From NCBI GenBank assembly GCA_963733035.1, contig CAVTBU010000008.1, positions 320,001 through 384,000 on the forward strand: 64,000 nucleotides of DNA, written 5' to 3'. This document shows positions 8,127-21,198 of this stretch, piece after piece (position 1 is the first letter of the stretch; each line of letters opens with the position of its first letter). The notes beneath the pieces were generated by a model, which was not told the DNA's origin, made no database searches, and saw only the letters and a list, made by a program, of their open reading frames with translations. A program made the translations under genes and the position numbers. Source of the stretch: Pirellulales bacterium (GTDB taxonomy: Bacteria > Planctomycetota > Planctomycetia > Pirellulales > PALSA-1355).

Positions 8127-10197
8127 GCGGCTGCCCCTTTCAAAAGGAAACCTGGGATGGTCTTAGTTTTGGAACCACGATTCGGTACTTGCCCGGCGAC
8201 AATATCTTCAAAAGGCAAAAGTGAACTCACCCGTTCTCTGCCAAGTTGTGACCGGACAGCAAGCGAACTCAACGTAAGCCCCTTGGGGTGTGCGGCGAGT
8301 ATCGCACGAATGGCCGTGATGTCTTTGTCATCCTCGCTCGCTTTCACTTCGGCGATTTCCTCTTGGTCACTGACAAGAGTTGGAATCCAGACACGCCCCC
8401 CTTCGTCAGAAAGTGACCGTTCCTCGATGTCAAGGTGATGCTCGCTTGCATGACCAGCACTGCCACCCAAAGTCATCCATAGTTTGTGTGGCTTGTTGGG
8501 AACGAATTTCGCGCGTCTGTTGAGCAGAATCCATTGCCGTGCGAATTCGCTGAAGCCCGACATTGCAAGGTCTTCGAGCGCCAACGCTTTCCCTGTTTGG
8601 CAGCCCCTTTGACGCTGTGATGTGCGATGGCCAGTTGAGCGCCGTGCTCTTGCATGACGAGTTTATTGCGCAATAGTTGGCCTTGCGCGAACACGTTGCT
8701 CGGGTCGCCCTCCCCGATGCAAAGATAGAACGGATCAATAATCAAAAACTCAATTCGATGACGCTCCAATGTCCGGGTAAGTTTGGCGAGAGACGATGGA
8801 TCATTAGCTTGTGGTAAATCTTCTGACCATTTAAGCGCGTCCAAATCACACGCTTCAAGTGTGTGACGCCAACCGATACGAATGGCCGTCTCTTGTAGTG
8901 TCTGGATGCCAGACTCGCCGCTCATAACCAAAGTTCGGCAGTGTTGGTTGACCGGGAAGTGACCCAGGAAAGGCGACTTCGACGCGAGCGAGATTGCAAG
9001 GTCTAGTAGAACTGAAGTTTTCATCGCCTTGCTTGCGCCACCAGCAACGAGTGGCTGCCTCGCGACAAGCACCTCGGGGATTAACCATTCAACGTCATAG
9101 TCGCCAGTCGCCAGTTCCCAAGATGAAATGACTTTGAATGTGTCGTCAGCGTCGGCGGCGTTGCTGGTAGTGGGCGGTTGCCAGCCATCCTGCCGTGCGA
9201 GGTAGAACAGCGTGGCAACCTTCGCGCCATCGTCTCTCCCGAAAGACTTCCAACGATTCTTGGTTTCGCCGGGCTTGTACTTGGCTGAACTCTTGGACAA
9301 ATCGTCCCACAACGGTAGGTATTTCTCTGTGCCATCACCGGCATCGTGGAGAGCGGAACCGATGCGAAGCCAATCGTGGCAATCGTCGAAACGCTTTGGG
9401 TGTAGTGCGGCAGCAGCCAAATAGATTTGTTGTGGCGTGTGGGAAGTCGAGGATAGCGAGTCGTACCAGTCTTCCTGTGGCTGGGCTGTTGGCAAATGGG
9501 CTGTTGGCAGCATGGCCACAAGCGTCTCGCGTGTAAGCGTCTCGCGAGTCGCGGGGCACGATATGATGGTTGACTGCCGGTGTGGACGATCTGGCGTGTT
9601 TGGCCCTTTCCGATTCCAGTTGCCGGTGCGTTCTCGCATTAGCTGACTCAGTGTCCACACTGAGTCGTCTACCGTGACCTCGGGTATGCTGAATTTGTCT
9701 CGAATGTGAAAGACAAATGCTTTGACAAGCTGGTTGTCTGCTACTGGCAGGTCACAGGCGAAGTAGGCTTGCACCCCGGAACCGCTATCGACAATCAGCG
9801 GCTCGGGGAACCCATGTTCCCGGCAGTATTGGATTGCCGCGTCGGCAACCGCTTTGGCAGCAGCACGTTCGCCGTCCGTGGCCGATACGCCTTTCGGTCG
9901 CACGGGGTCGAAGTCGAGCGGGAGGGTGCGAATTCTGACGATATGCTTGTCGCTGGTGCAAGCACCGATCCTGGCAGAATCATATCGGTTGGTGATGGGC
10001 ACCGAATCGTCAATCTGGTTGACCGTCCAGTGGACCCCACCACCCGCGAAGTCGCTCACGTCGTCTATCAGGCGGGCGGAGTCGCGGTAGAAGCCACTGA
10101 GGCGATTCCCCGCCATGTCATAGGGGCGGATTTCTACCGGGCCGGTCGGGTGTAGAAACTGGTGAGCGAGACGGACATCATCTGCTGGTGTGTTCAT
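8123..10197 (-). CDS. Primase-like/PriCT-2/AAA_25 (RepA-type) helicase fusion (apparent frameshift near 8588)
   Basis: N-terminal LDFD...DSGSGVQAYF; PriCT-2-like DWLRIGSALH...WDDLSKSSAKY...RWKSF; Walker A GASKAMKTS, Walker B IIDP, IAHH. The C-terminus continues in frame 8123-8584. Confidence 0.85.
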
Positions 10198-11004
10198 CAA
10201 AAATTCCTTACTTGTTCGACGCGGGTGGGTTGGTTTTGGAGTGAAACCAACCGAAACCAACCCCCTTGAAAATATGTGATATTTCCCGAGAGATTTGCAT
10301 GTTTGGGTTAGTGTGTAATTAGGTCTGTCTATAGGGAAAAACGCCAAGACGTTTTTCCCCGCCGACAGACACTTGACGAGAGGGGGTTTGAGGTTGGCGG
10401 AGTCTGCTAAAAACACACCCAACCAACCTAGAACCCCCTGCTGTATTGATTACGAGTCAATTTCGGGCAGCATTTTGAGAAACTTCCCGAGAGCGCCAAG
10501 AATCCTCCGACCACCCGCCAGCCGACGCGGCAATAAGCCCCTCCAATGGGACAACGGTCGTTATCGCCCAAGACTGCCAAGGCGGCCTCGCGGTTACAGA
10601 CCGAACCACACCTGTACATTAGTACATTCACTCACAACCCGCAAACACGCCACAATCGACAAATTCGTCACAGTCACCCCAACCAGCTCAGCCGGCAAAC
10701 TCAGCACAATCGACAAACATGCCACAACCGCCCCGCGCGGCCGGTCAGCGAGGGGTGGCGGTTGTCGGCGGTTGTCAGTACCACGGCGAAGCCGTGGAAA
10801 TCCCCTAGAAAACAAGGGGTTTTGAGACATAAGACCACGGATTCTGTATCCGTGTGTTGTTCTGGCAGTCGGCGTCGGGCAGTCAGCGTCGGGCGGGCGA
10901 GGGTGGGGTGGGGTCAAATGTCGGGGCAATGCCCACTATGCCGGTCGTAGCGACGGCCCTGCCCTATCCCGACTGGCTGGGGGATTTTGAAGACCGGACC
11001 ACCG

Positions 11005-11025
11005 CGTGGATAAGTATTGTCCACA
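11005..11025. promoter_or_regulatory. Inverted pair of DnaA-box-like 9-mers
   Basis: CGTGGATAA-GTA-TTGTCCACA; each has one mismatch to TTATCCACA. Confidence 0.5.
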
Positions 11026-11161
11026 AAACGCTTTAGGATGGCCTAGGACGCTTCGGCGCGAATAGTGGTGTCATTCGACCTACCTGCCACTCGCCCACCA
11101 TCCTGGACGCTCACAGGCGGCCCGTGCGGCGAATGCAGCCCCTATTCGCCGCACGTCGGCA

Positions 11162-11289
11162 GGTCTGCGGGCGGGCGGGTCTGCGGGCGGGCGGGTCTGC
11201 GGGCGGGCGGGTCTGCGGGTCGGCAGGTCTGCGGGCGGGCAGGTCTGCGGGCGGGCAGGTCTGCGGGCGGGCAGGTCTGCGGGTCGGCA
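11162..11289 (+). repeat. Eight tandem 16-bp repeats (GGTCTGCGGGCGGGCR / GGTCTGCGGGTCGGCA)
   Basis: Counted directly; organised as two 64-bp blocks of 3+1 units. Confidence 0.95.
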
Positions 11290-11446
11290 CAACCGGACCC
11301 TGTCGGCAAAAGAATCGGCTGCAAGCGCCAGATTCTCAAAATGCGGGTCGCTCTCATTTCGTCTCCATTATGTACCGCTAATCGAGTTACCGACCCGCCG
11401 GCCGCCTTGCGGGCCGCCTCTCACTTCCCCGAATCGAAAGCTGACG

Positions 11447-11890
11447 ATGTCACTTTGTAGAACCTGCGGCGAACCGCTCCGAACCACGGGTTCGGAGTGC
11501 GAAGATTGCATTTCCAATCGACGTGACGCTCGCCCCGCCCGCCGGCCCACCCCCGACGCCTCCGATCCACTCGGCGGCCAGCGGCGAGCGGTCTATGAAA
11601 TTCTGATTGCCAAAGGTGTCCAAAACCCGATCACAATTTGCGATGAAGTTTTTGAAAAACTCGCACGCGATCTACCAGAAATGCTGAAAGCCCGTGCGCT
11701 TCAGGCGGCCGGGCTGGCGGAACGCGAGCCCCGCACGGACAACACTACCGGGCATCAGGGCGTTGACCGGCACAGAGGGAAATTCCGGGCACGGGTCTGG
11801 CGTGGTGGTCGATGCGTTTGGCAACGGTCCAGCATCGACCTAGACCGGGCGGTAGCCGCGAGGGCGAAGTATCTGGCGGACCACCCATGA
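11447..11890 (+). CDS. Zn-finger + AP2-like DNA-binding protein
   Basis: CRTC...CEDC at the N-terminus; C-terminal DNTTGHQGVDRHRGKFRARV...DLDRAVAARAK is typical of phage AP2 domains. Confidence 0.7.
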   Translation: MSLCRTCGEPLRTTGSECEDCISNRRDARPARRPTPDASDPLGGQRRAVYEILIAKGVQNPITICDEVFEKLARDLPEMLKARALQAAGLAEREPRTDNTTGHQGVDRHRGKFRARVWRGGRCVWQRSSIDLDRAVAARAKYLADHP

Positions 11891-12106
11891 CGACATACAC
11901 GACCGCCGAAGTCGCCGGAATCTTGAAGGTGTCGCCGGACACGGTACGCGGCAAGATACTGTCGCGGCCAGCTTCAAGCGTTGAACTTGGCCGAGCCCGG
12001 CCATCGCCCGCAGTATCGCGTCACAGCCGAACAACTGGTAGCGTACCAGCGGCGGGCTACGGTCCTATTGCCTATCGCAATGGGACGACCGCGACGGTCA
12101 GCTTGA
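11887..12106 (+). CDS. HTH_17 excisionase-like protein (apparent frameshift near 11961)
   Basis: MTTYTTAEVAGILKVSPDTVRGKIL plus alternate frame RGQLQALNLAEPGHRPQYRVTAEQLVAY; ATGA-coupled, convergent on the integrase. Confidence 0.75.
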
Positions 12107-13336
12107 CCATTCGACCGGGGCGAAGCCGTCGCGGTCGTGTCGCTTCAGCTTTTCCTCGCCGATATACCAGCGGCGGACAAATGAACTGACTTCAACCAGC
12201 CGCTCAGCATACACACGCTGACGATACAGCCCCGGCATGGTCGAATCTTTGTGCCCCATGATATGGTTTGTGGCCGGCTGGTTGCCCGCTGCTGCCGCGA
12301 CCGTGGCAAACGTCCGCCGAAGCCCGTAGAAGCTGGTCGTGCCCTTCTTATATATGCCCAACTCAACTAGCAACTCTCGAAACGCTTCTGAAATGTGGTT
12401 GAAGCATTCGTCTTGATCGACCCATGCGCTGCCATCGGGGCGTAAGAATACAAGGTCACTGTCGCTCTTGGGACGAACCGCGACCGCTGCCTTGATGGTT
12501 TCCACGACTTCAGGCCAGAGCGGGGCGTGCCGTTCGGTGCCAGTCTTGAAACGTGGCTTGTGGTGCCAGCCGGCTTTAAGGTCCAACTCGCCGAATTGTA
12601 GGGTTCCGCAGTCGGCGTTGCTGAAGGCACACGACAACCCCAGCAAGATCATGGCCCCGAGTCCCGGGTCAGCCGCCTTGACCATTGCTTGAATTTCGTC
12701 AGCCGTGAAGTCTCGGGCACCGCGAGCTAGATTCAGCCGATGGAATTGCAGCCGGCCGGGCGGGGCTAATGCCTGTTGGTATCGAAGCGGCTTTTCAGTC
12801 AGCCCGTTTTCGACGATGTACGCAAACAGCATGGTTGCCCGGTTCAAGTGTCCCTTTTGCGTGGTCGGGTTGAGTAGACCACGTTTCTTGCGTGGCAGTC
12901 TGCGCTTCGGGTCTTTGGCCAGCCGCCTAGCTTTTCCCTTTTCGATGGCCCCGGCCATTCGCTGGAAGTCAGCCGCTTCAAGTGAAGCAAGCGGGGTGTT
13001 CTCATTGACACCCATCGTGAGCAATTCACACGTTCGCTTGTAATCGCTCAGACTTCGTGGGGTCAGCTTCCCGCCATCGACGCGAGCCTGTTTGAAGTCG
13101 AGAAAATGATTGATCGCTTCGCCCAGCGTATAGCCGCCGATAGGCTGTTGCTCGCGGCCGGCGTGAAGTCCGTCGCGCTGCTTCACGTATTCATCAAGCG
13201 CGGCTTGCCAGTCGGGCCATCGTCCGAAGTAGTGAATCTTGCCCCGTATCTTTTTGCAGTAGCGACCATCAACACGGAGGGACAACGGGAAGTCTTTGTA
13301 CGGTGGGTCTGGTAGGTCAGTGGCGCTCTTGAACAT
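12098..13336 (-). CDS. Tyrosine recombinase/phage integrase
   Basis: Arm-binding-like N-terminus; KT, YGLRRTFAT, IMGH and GLY motifs; adjacent to a tRNA. Confidence 0.92.
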   Translation of the reverse strand: MFKSATDLPDPPYKDFPLSLRVDGRYCKKIRGKIHYFGRWPDWQAALDEYVKQRDGLHAGREQQPIGGYTLGEAINHFLDFKQARVDGGKLTPRSLSDYKRTCELLTMGVNENTPLASLEAADFQRMAGAIEKGKARRLAKDPKRRLPRKKRGLLNPTTQKGHLNRATMLFAYIVENGLTEKPLRYQQALAPPGRLQFHRLNLARGARDFTADEIQAMVKAADPGLGAMILLGLSCAFSNADCGTLQFGELDLKAGWHHKPRFKTGTERHAPLWPEVVETIKAAVAVRPKSDSDLVFLRPDGSAWVDQDECFNHISEAFRELLVELGIYKKGTTSFYGLRRTFATVAAAAGNQPATNHIMGHKDSTMPGLYRQRVYAERLVEVSSFVRRWYIGEEKLKRHDRDGFAPVEWSS

Positions 13337-13439
13337 GGCGGTTGGCTCCGAGTTGCGTTGGTCTATGCAACTCTATGCCCGTTTCGGACCGCTGGTTGTC
13401 AAAACGGTTGTCAGATGCCAAAAACGGCCGCCAGAAACG

Positions 13440-13467
13440 AAAAAAGCCAGTGGCGTAAACCACTGGC
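13440..13467 (-). terminator. Terminator after tRNA-Phe
   Basis: GCCAGTGG/CCACTGGC stem plus T6 on the minus strand. Confidence 0.7.
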
Positions 13468-13487
13468 ATCATTCAACTTAGGCGAAG

Positions 13488-13560
<73 letters not shown>

Positions 13561-14801
13561 AGGGGCTAGGCCGCTGGCATGCTTGCCTGGGTCGGCTCCT
13601 TGCATCAAGACAAGTTCCTCATCTTAATCCTCGATCGGTGGACTGCAAGCCGAATCGAACGGTAGGCCCCCAGAGATGGATCGTGCCTGGAGTGTGACAA
13701 TGCAGGTGGGGCGACAGCCCGGAAATGATGCTTCAGCGGGTGCCAGATTCCCCCTGGAGCACGTCTGTGACAAATTGCGCCGGAGTGGAACGAAATCTGT
13801 CCCTGTGCAAGGAATCGTATCGAAGACGACGCGATGACTCGGCGCCACCTTCTGACTTTGTCGCCATCATTTCGCGCGCGGCCAATACTCAGGCAGCGCC
13901 AATGACCATACGATCACGCTGGTGGCCTCAGGCACCAACTACGTCCGGTAAACCAACCAAGTAGAAATGGAACGAGATTCCAGCATCGACGACGTGCCGA
14001 ATTACATTACATGGCGCGCCTGTGTCCGAACTAGCAACGGCGCCGTCTAAAACTCCACCGACCTGGCGCTATTACAATCTGTCGGCGTTGAAATGGAACG
14101 GCATTTCACCACGGTGGATACAGAAGCCGAACGGAGCTCTGTGCCCCGAGAGCGCAAACCGCGCGTGGTTGAGAAACCGAAACGACTAATTGCACAAAAA
14201 TGGACGGCCGGCCCCCAGCTACTCTCTTCGCTGGGGACCGGCCGAGCCAGGGACGTCGCCTTGTATACCGGATCGCAGGTGGAAGCACCTTCCTAGAGCG
14301 TACGAAGCTGCAGCCTCATTTGCAAGCATATTCACGCCTGCTCGAATGCGTGCATTGCGCGACGTCTCCAAACGCATAGACAATCCCCCCCAACCTGCGC
14401 CTGCGTGCGTCCAAACGATCCCGGCTCCCGTCGACTAATCCGGCCCGCCGAGAACCGTGGGGAACGTTCTGAGAGAATCACTGTTTTCGGCGTCGATTCG
14501 GGGATATTTGGCCATGCGAGTGCGCGGAACTCGGAACAATTTGGCCCGAGCATGTCGACTCGGCCGGCAGTTGCGCGAAACGCGCCCCGCCCGCCGAATC
14601 CGCGGCGAACGGCGGCAACCCCTCTACCGAATCGGCCGCCGTCGACTGAGCAATGAGCCGAGTTCAAAAACTTGGTCGTCACTCCCGCAGCGATCGCATA
14701 CCCGCCAGCCCGCGGCGGCAATCGCGGTGGAGCGCCGAGCCACCTATAATTTAACGTCGTGATATTCCCCCGACGACGGACAGCCGCGCTGGCTTTGCAC
14801 C

Positions 14802-15992
14802 ATGCAACACACGCCCCTCTATCTAGACAACCATGCGACGACGCGAGTCGACCCGCGGGTCCTCGGGGCCATGTTGCCCTATTTCAGTGAGCACTACGGC
14901 AATCCGGCCAGCACGAGCCACAGCTTTGGCTGGGATGCCAAGGAGGCAGTCGACCGGGCCCGCGCAGCCCTCGCCGTGGGCATCGGCGCCAAGGAACGCG
15001 AAATCGTCTTCACCAGCGGAGCGACCGAGAGCAACAACCTGGCCATCCGAGGCGTCTGCGAGAGGCAAAGTCGCCGCGGAAATCACCTGATTACCGTCCG
15101 AACCGAGCACCGGGCAGTGCTCGATCCAATAGAACGACAGTCGCGCCGCGGGTTCGAGGTGACGACGCTAGACGTCAAACCTGCGGACAGTGAGAGGGCA
15201 GGGGAACTCGACCTCAATCGACTCGAGGACGCGCTGCGAGACGATACGCTGTTGGTCTCGGTGATGCTGGCCAACAACGAAATCGGCGTCCTCCAGCCGC
15301 TCGCCGAGGTCGCCGCCATCTGCAAGCGCCGCGGCGCACTTCTCCACTGCGATGCCACACAGGCCGTCGGCCGCATGCCCGTCGACGTGCATCGGCTCGG
15401 CGTCGACTTGATGAGTTTCACCGGCCACAAGATCTACGGCCCCAAGGGCATCGGCGCGCTATGGGTTCGTCGCAGCTCACCGCACGTGCGGCTCGAACCG
15501 CAAATCGCTGGCGGCGGCCACGAAGGGGGCTTCCGCAGTGGTACGCTCAACGTCCCCGGCATTGTCGGATTCGCCAAGGCATTGGAAATCTGCCTGGAAG
15601 AAATGCCGACCGAGCAGCCACGACTGCACGCCCTCCGCGGTCGCCTATATGGCGGCCTGACCACGGCCCTCGAGGGTGTGACTCTCAACGGCCCGGCGCT
15701 CGACCCCGGTCTGCGGCTGGCTGGCAACTTGAACGTGAGCTTTGCCTTCGTCGACGGCGAGGCCTTGCTGATGAATCTGAAGGACATCGCCGTCAGCTCA
15801 GGCAGCGCCTGCACCTCCGCCAACCCCGAACCGAGCCATGTGCTACGAGGCCTGGGCCTATCCGACGCCGCCGTCCGCAGCAGCCTCCGCTTTGGCCTGG
15901 GGCGATTCAACACGGACGAAGACGTCGATCGGGCGGTGCTGCTGGTCTCAGAGGTCGTCGAGCGGCTGCGAAAACTTAGCAGCATGGCATAG
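14802..15992 (+). CDS. iscS: Cysteine desulfurase IscS/NifS
   Basis: YLDNHATT, FTSGATESNN, GHKIYGPKG (PLP Lys), RSGTLN and SSGSAC motifs. Confidence 0.95.
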   Translation: MQHTPLYLDNHATTRVDPRVLGAMLPYFSEHYGNPASTSHSFGWDAKEAVDRARAALAVGIGAKEREIVFTSGATESNNLAIRGVCERQSRRGNHLITVRTEHRAVLDPIERQSRRGFEVTTLDVKPADSERAGELDLNRLEDALRDDTLLVSVMLANNEIGVLQPLAEVAAICKRRGALLHCDATQAVGRMPVDVHRLGVDLMSFTGHKIYGPKGIGALWVRRSSPHVRLEPQIAGGGHEGGFRSGTLNVPGIVGFAKALEICLEEMPTEQPRLHALRGRLYGGLTTALEGVTLNGPALDPGLRLAGNLNVSFAFVDGEALLMNLKDIAVSSGSACTSANPEPSHVLRGLGLSDAAVRSSLRFGLGRFNTDEDVDRAVLLVSEVVERLRKLSSMA

Positions 15993-16167
15993 CACAGGCT
16001 GAAGAATGCCCAAAACCGAGGATTCCGCCTATGGAAAATCCGTCGAAACACCTTTCCTTCGCCCATCCGATCGTATAATTTACACAGTCTGGATTGCGAA
16101 AATTCCGATCCGGTTCCTAGAGTCGCCGGAATCCACTTTTCCACTCAACGAATACGAGAGCGAAACC

Positions 16168-16500
16168 ATGGGCATCATTCTCAGTGAACGGGCCGCCACC
16201 GAGGTCAAGAAGGTCCTGCAAGACCAGAACCAGCCCGAGACCACCTGCCTTCGCGTACGCGTCGTCGGCGGCGGTTGCAGCGGCTTTTCTTACGACCTGC
16301 GATTCGACGACAGCTACGATGAATCGGCCGACTCGAAGTACGAGCAGCACGGCGTGACCGTGGTGGTCGACAAGAAAAGCGCCCTCTATCTGGACGGCAC
16401 GACGGTCGACTTTTACGACGGGCTCGAGAAGCGCGGCTTTACGTTCGACAACCCCAACGCCGTCAAGACCTGCGGCTGCGGCAGCTCGTTCCAGGCCTAG
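16168..16500 (+). CDS. iscA: Fe-S assembly A-type carrier (HesB/IscA family)
   Basis: GGGCSGFSY and CGCGSSF motifs. Confidence 0.92.
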   Translation: MGIILSERAATEVKKVLQDQNQPETTCLRVRVVGGGCSGFSYDLRFDDSYDESADSKYEQHGVTVVVDKKSALYLDGTTVDFYDGLEKRGFTFDNPNAVKTCGCGSSFQA

Positions 16501-16596
16501 TTCACGGCATGGCTAGCGGCCATTTGTCTCCGGGCTTTGCGAGGGCAGATTAGCTCAAGCCCGATGCAGACCGCAGTCGATGAATTAGCGTCCATC

Positions 16597-16628
16597 AAAA
16601 AGCACCGTGCACCGCGCGGTGCTTTTTT
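16597..16628 (+). terminator. Intrinsic (possibly bidirectional) terminator
   Basis: AAAAAGCACCGTGC-ACC-GCGCGGTGCTTTTTT. Confidence 0.75.
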
Positions 16629-16756
16629 GTTGCGGACAGTTCAAGCCGAAACGACGGGGCCTGGCAGCAATAGCTCCACGAAGCGTTCGATTCGTTGCAA
16701 ACCGCAAGGTTCTTGGACACCGCCGGCGATGTGAAAAAAATCCTGGCAGACAGCAC

Positions 16757-16784
16757 TTGTGTGACGGCAGGTGATCGCTAAAAT
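16757..16784 (+). promoter_or_regulatory. Putative rrn promoter P1
   Basis: TTGTGT-N16-TAAAAT. Confidence 0.45.
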
Positions 16785-17007
16785 CAAATTTCACGTGAGG
16801 CGGGTATCGGGATAGCGAGCCGCGGCCAGGTTTGGGCGTGGCTCTGTTCTTTTCCCCCTCAGGGTGCGAACCCTGGCCCGCCTGCGGACGTAAACGAGGA
16901 GTTGGGCAGTCTACCGACTGGTAGCCGTCAGGCGATGGGCACCTGAGAGAATTTACCTCCCGGGACCGTCGGACCAGCGAAAGTCAAAAGGCACGACTTT
17001 TGTCCCC

Positions 17008-17035
17008 TTGACGGGGCACCAAAGACGAGTAAGAT
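17008..17035 (+). promoter_or_regulatory. Putative rrn promoter P2
   Basis: TTGACG-N16-TAAGAT. Confidence 0.6.
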
Positions 17036-17206
17036 TGCCTGTTTCCGGCACAACGCGAAGAGACAACCGGCAGTTCGCTGGTTTCGTCGCGGACATGCAA
17101 GGAGGAGTGGCCAGGGGCCGGCTTCAACGGGGCGTTGGATTCGGCCTCTGTCCACTGACAGAGTGGAGTACAGTCAGGCGAGGCATCGCAGGCCTGGGTT
17201 CCAGTC

Positions 17207-17218
17207 GATCTTTGACAA
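17207..17218 (+). promoter_or_regulatory. BoxA-like antitermination site
   Basis: GATCTTTGACAA in the rRNA leader. Confidence 0.6.
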
Positions 17219-17530
17219 TTTGGTTGTTGCAAGAGTGGCATCTTGTATTGAATTGAACAATGCCGGGTCGGTCGCACTGCAAAGTGTGACTGATCTAATT
17301 TGTTCTCCAAGGCTCTTAGCGTGATCAGATGAGACGCGCCAGTCCGCACCACGGGCTGGGGCATCGAGTTTGGGCACAAAAGAATCGAGCGTTACTCTAA
17401 AAAATCTGGCCGACCGTCGAGAGACGATCGGCGCGGATCTGTAGTTGGAAGCCATATGCGATTCAAAGCTTCTGGCGTCGGCTGGTGTTCTTCGGAGCAC
17501 CTGTCGCACGTGAGAGGGTTGGATTTATGT

Positions 17531-20456
<2,926 letters not shown>

Positions 20457-20614
20457 ACATATATCCAACGCTCTTTCTCTACAGTCTGAGCATCGCTGGA
20501 TTCAGGTTCGAGTTAATCGAACCAGCCAAGAGCCCTTGTGTTCATGCAAGGCCACTCAAGCAACAACCATACACAATCCCTCGCGGGCCTCACTGTCGGT
20601 CCGCGAGGGGTTCT

Positions 20615-20723
20615 TTCCGGTGAACATATCTGAAAGGTCACACCCGTTCCCATACCGAACACGGCAGTTAAGCTTTCAGAGCCGATGGTAGTACCACAAG
20701 TGCGAGAGTAGGTATCGCCGGAT
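20615..20723 (+). rRNA. rrf: 5S ribosomal RNA (short, about 109 nt)
   Basis: CACCCGTTCCCATACCGAACACGGCAGTTAAG...GAGAGTAGGT. Confidence 0.95.
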
Positions 20724-20735
20724 TTTTTACAACGA

Positions 20736-20772
20736 AGCCCTGGCGGATCCGTCGCGATCCGCCAGGGTTTTT
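20736..20772 (+). terminator. rrn terminator
   Basis: CCCTGGCGGATC/GATCCGCCAGGG stem plus T tract. Confidence 0.85.
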
Positions 20773-21198
20773 TGCTGCGCGGCCCGGCCTATTTGCCGCG
20801 CTGGCCACGTGCCGATGGCGTCACCGCGGCCCCTCCATCCATCGGCCATTTTGTATACTAGAAAAAACTTGATGTAGTTGTGTCTCTTAATTAGATTTGA
20901 GGCCACAACAATTACTTCGGCGAACAGCAAAACCAGCCACCGCGATGGCTGGGGCCTAATAGCTGTTCTCGCCTACCGTTGAGATTCGCTCGTGAACGCA
21001 GGCTGAACACGAACGCAACTTTCAACCGGGTCCTCACTCGCCCAGTCGATTGGCCCGCTCTCGCACTTCGCTCGTTCGTTGTTTCCAAATTCCCGCAACG
21101 AAGCGCGGTTTCAATGATCAAATGGGCTATTCATGCTGCGATTAGAGCGAGCGGCTGACCTTGTCCCTGATCAAACTGGCCGATTGCCACAAACAAGG

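Larger units (their letters stand above)
1..13487. mobile_element. Integrative phage-satellite/prophage-like element at the tRNA-Phe 3' end (left boundary outside window)
   Basis: Tyrosine integrase starts about 150 bp from the tRNA-Phe 3' end. Excisionase, primase-helicase and many orphan ORFs follow. No second att copy was seen in the window. Confidence 0.85.

Noticed and set aside
11162..11289. CRISPR array, or ORFs translated across the repeat
   Set aside because: Units are contiguous with no unique spacers and no cas genes; the ORFs are by-products of the repeat.
13600..14790. Short ORFs and a 10-bp repeat (AAATGGAACG) between tRNA-Phe and iscS
   Set aside because: No recognisable motifs or convincing structure.
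16790..17000. Separate ncRNA between the two rrn promoters
   Set aside because: Some hairpins are present, but I recognise no family; best explained as rRNA leader.
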